This document shows positions 63,400 to 64,000 of a stretch of 64,000 nt of DNA, piece by piece (position 1 is the first letter of the stretch; each line of letters begins with the position of its first letter). Both the position numbers and the translations under genes were made by a program. The notes beneath the pieces were generated by a model. That model ran no database searches. It had not been told where the DNA came from and saw nothing but the letters and a program-made list of their open reading frames with translations. Source of the DNA: Vicugna vicugna (taxonomy: Eukaryota); contig MU058153.1 in assembly GCA_013265495.1 (NCBI GenBank), positions 870,001-934,000 of the forward strand, written 5' to 3'.

Positions 63400-64000
63400 T
63401 TATCCATCTATATAAACACACACATGTATACATATGGAGACTACAGAGTATAAATAGAATATATGCACGTATGATTATATGCCATATAATATGAACTTTA
63501 AAAGAGAGAAAGAGATTACCTTTTCTTATATATTAGCTGCTGAAAAGGCAATAAAATCATCCCATTTGCCAGGTCACTGCCCCTGTTCCAGTAAGAGTGT
63601 TATATCAAATTATACTGCCAATCGTGTGTATTTAAAAGTTAACACTATAACACAAGCAACTGAATTCAATCCCTCTTCCTCCTCTCCATAAAAGAAAAAT
63701 CAATGATTTGAAACAAGCAGGTTGATCGGATCTTGCAGTGCAGCAGGGTTCTCCCCGCAGATCCTTGGGGATGTCAGAATTACCCTGCCCTCCCACACTC
63801 CCCTCCACGCATCTCATCTCTGTCTTCTGACAGCGAGTCTGCCTCTCCCTTCTTCTCCTCTGTTCATATTTATGATTCACTCAGAGGATATCCTTAGCGT
63901 GCCCATCAGACAGTAATTTCCAGGTTGGAAAAAACTGGTAGAGGTGTGCTCCAACTCTCACAAAACCTTTTGAAAAATGCTGTATCAAGTAATTGCACAA

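Noticed and set aside
1..64000. Minus-strand excess of young L1 pieces as evidence for a + strand host gene
   Set aside because: About 6 of 8 is not significant, LTR orientations are mixed, and no host exon was identified.
1..64000. CRISPR arrays, operons or other prokaryotic systems
   Set aside because: Mammalian repeat landscape with no dense ORFs or regularly spaced repeats.

Overview
AT-rich mammalian non-coding DNA (intergenic or deep intronic). A tRNA-Ala-derived Vic-1-type SINE, with no recognisable Alu, BovB/Bov-tA or PRE1, points to a camelid genome. I found no host protein-coding exon, functional RNA gene or prokaryotic feature. The only protein-like ORFs are LINE-1 ORF1/ORF2 remnants; the rest of the ORF track looks like chance or antisense ORFs, many with GTG/TTG starts. 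The window is a mosaic of transposons: the 5' end of a young L1 (1-1780, minus), many L1 3' fragments including three inversion-type insertions, hAT/Tigger fossils (Charlie1, MER3, MER5A, MER58A, MER94, Tigger2a), MaLR/ERVL LTRs, MIR, L2 and CR1/L3 relics. The most notable item is a ~380-bp TSD-flanked mini-L1 (21534-21911) in which the first ~160 nt of the 5'UTR are joined to the 3' tail at a splice-like GT/AG junction, a candidate spliced, trans-mobilised non-autonomous element. A composite ~980-bp L1 block inside an MLT1 LTR may be a 3' transduction or templated insertion. Repeat family names come from recalled consensus similarity, not a database search, and boundaries of old repeats are approximate.
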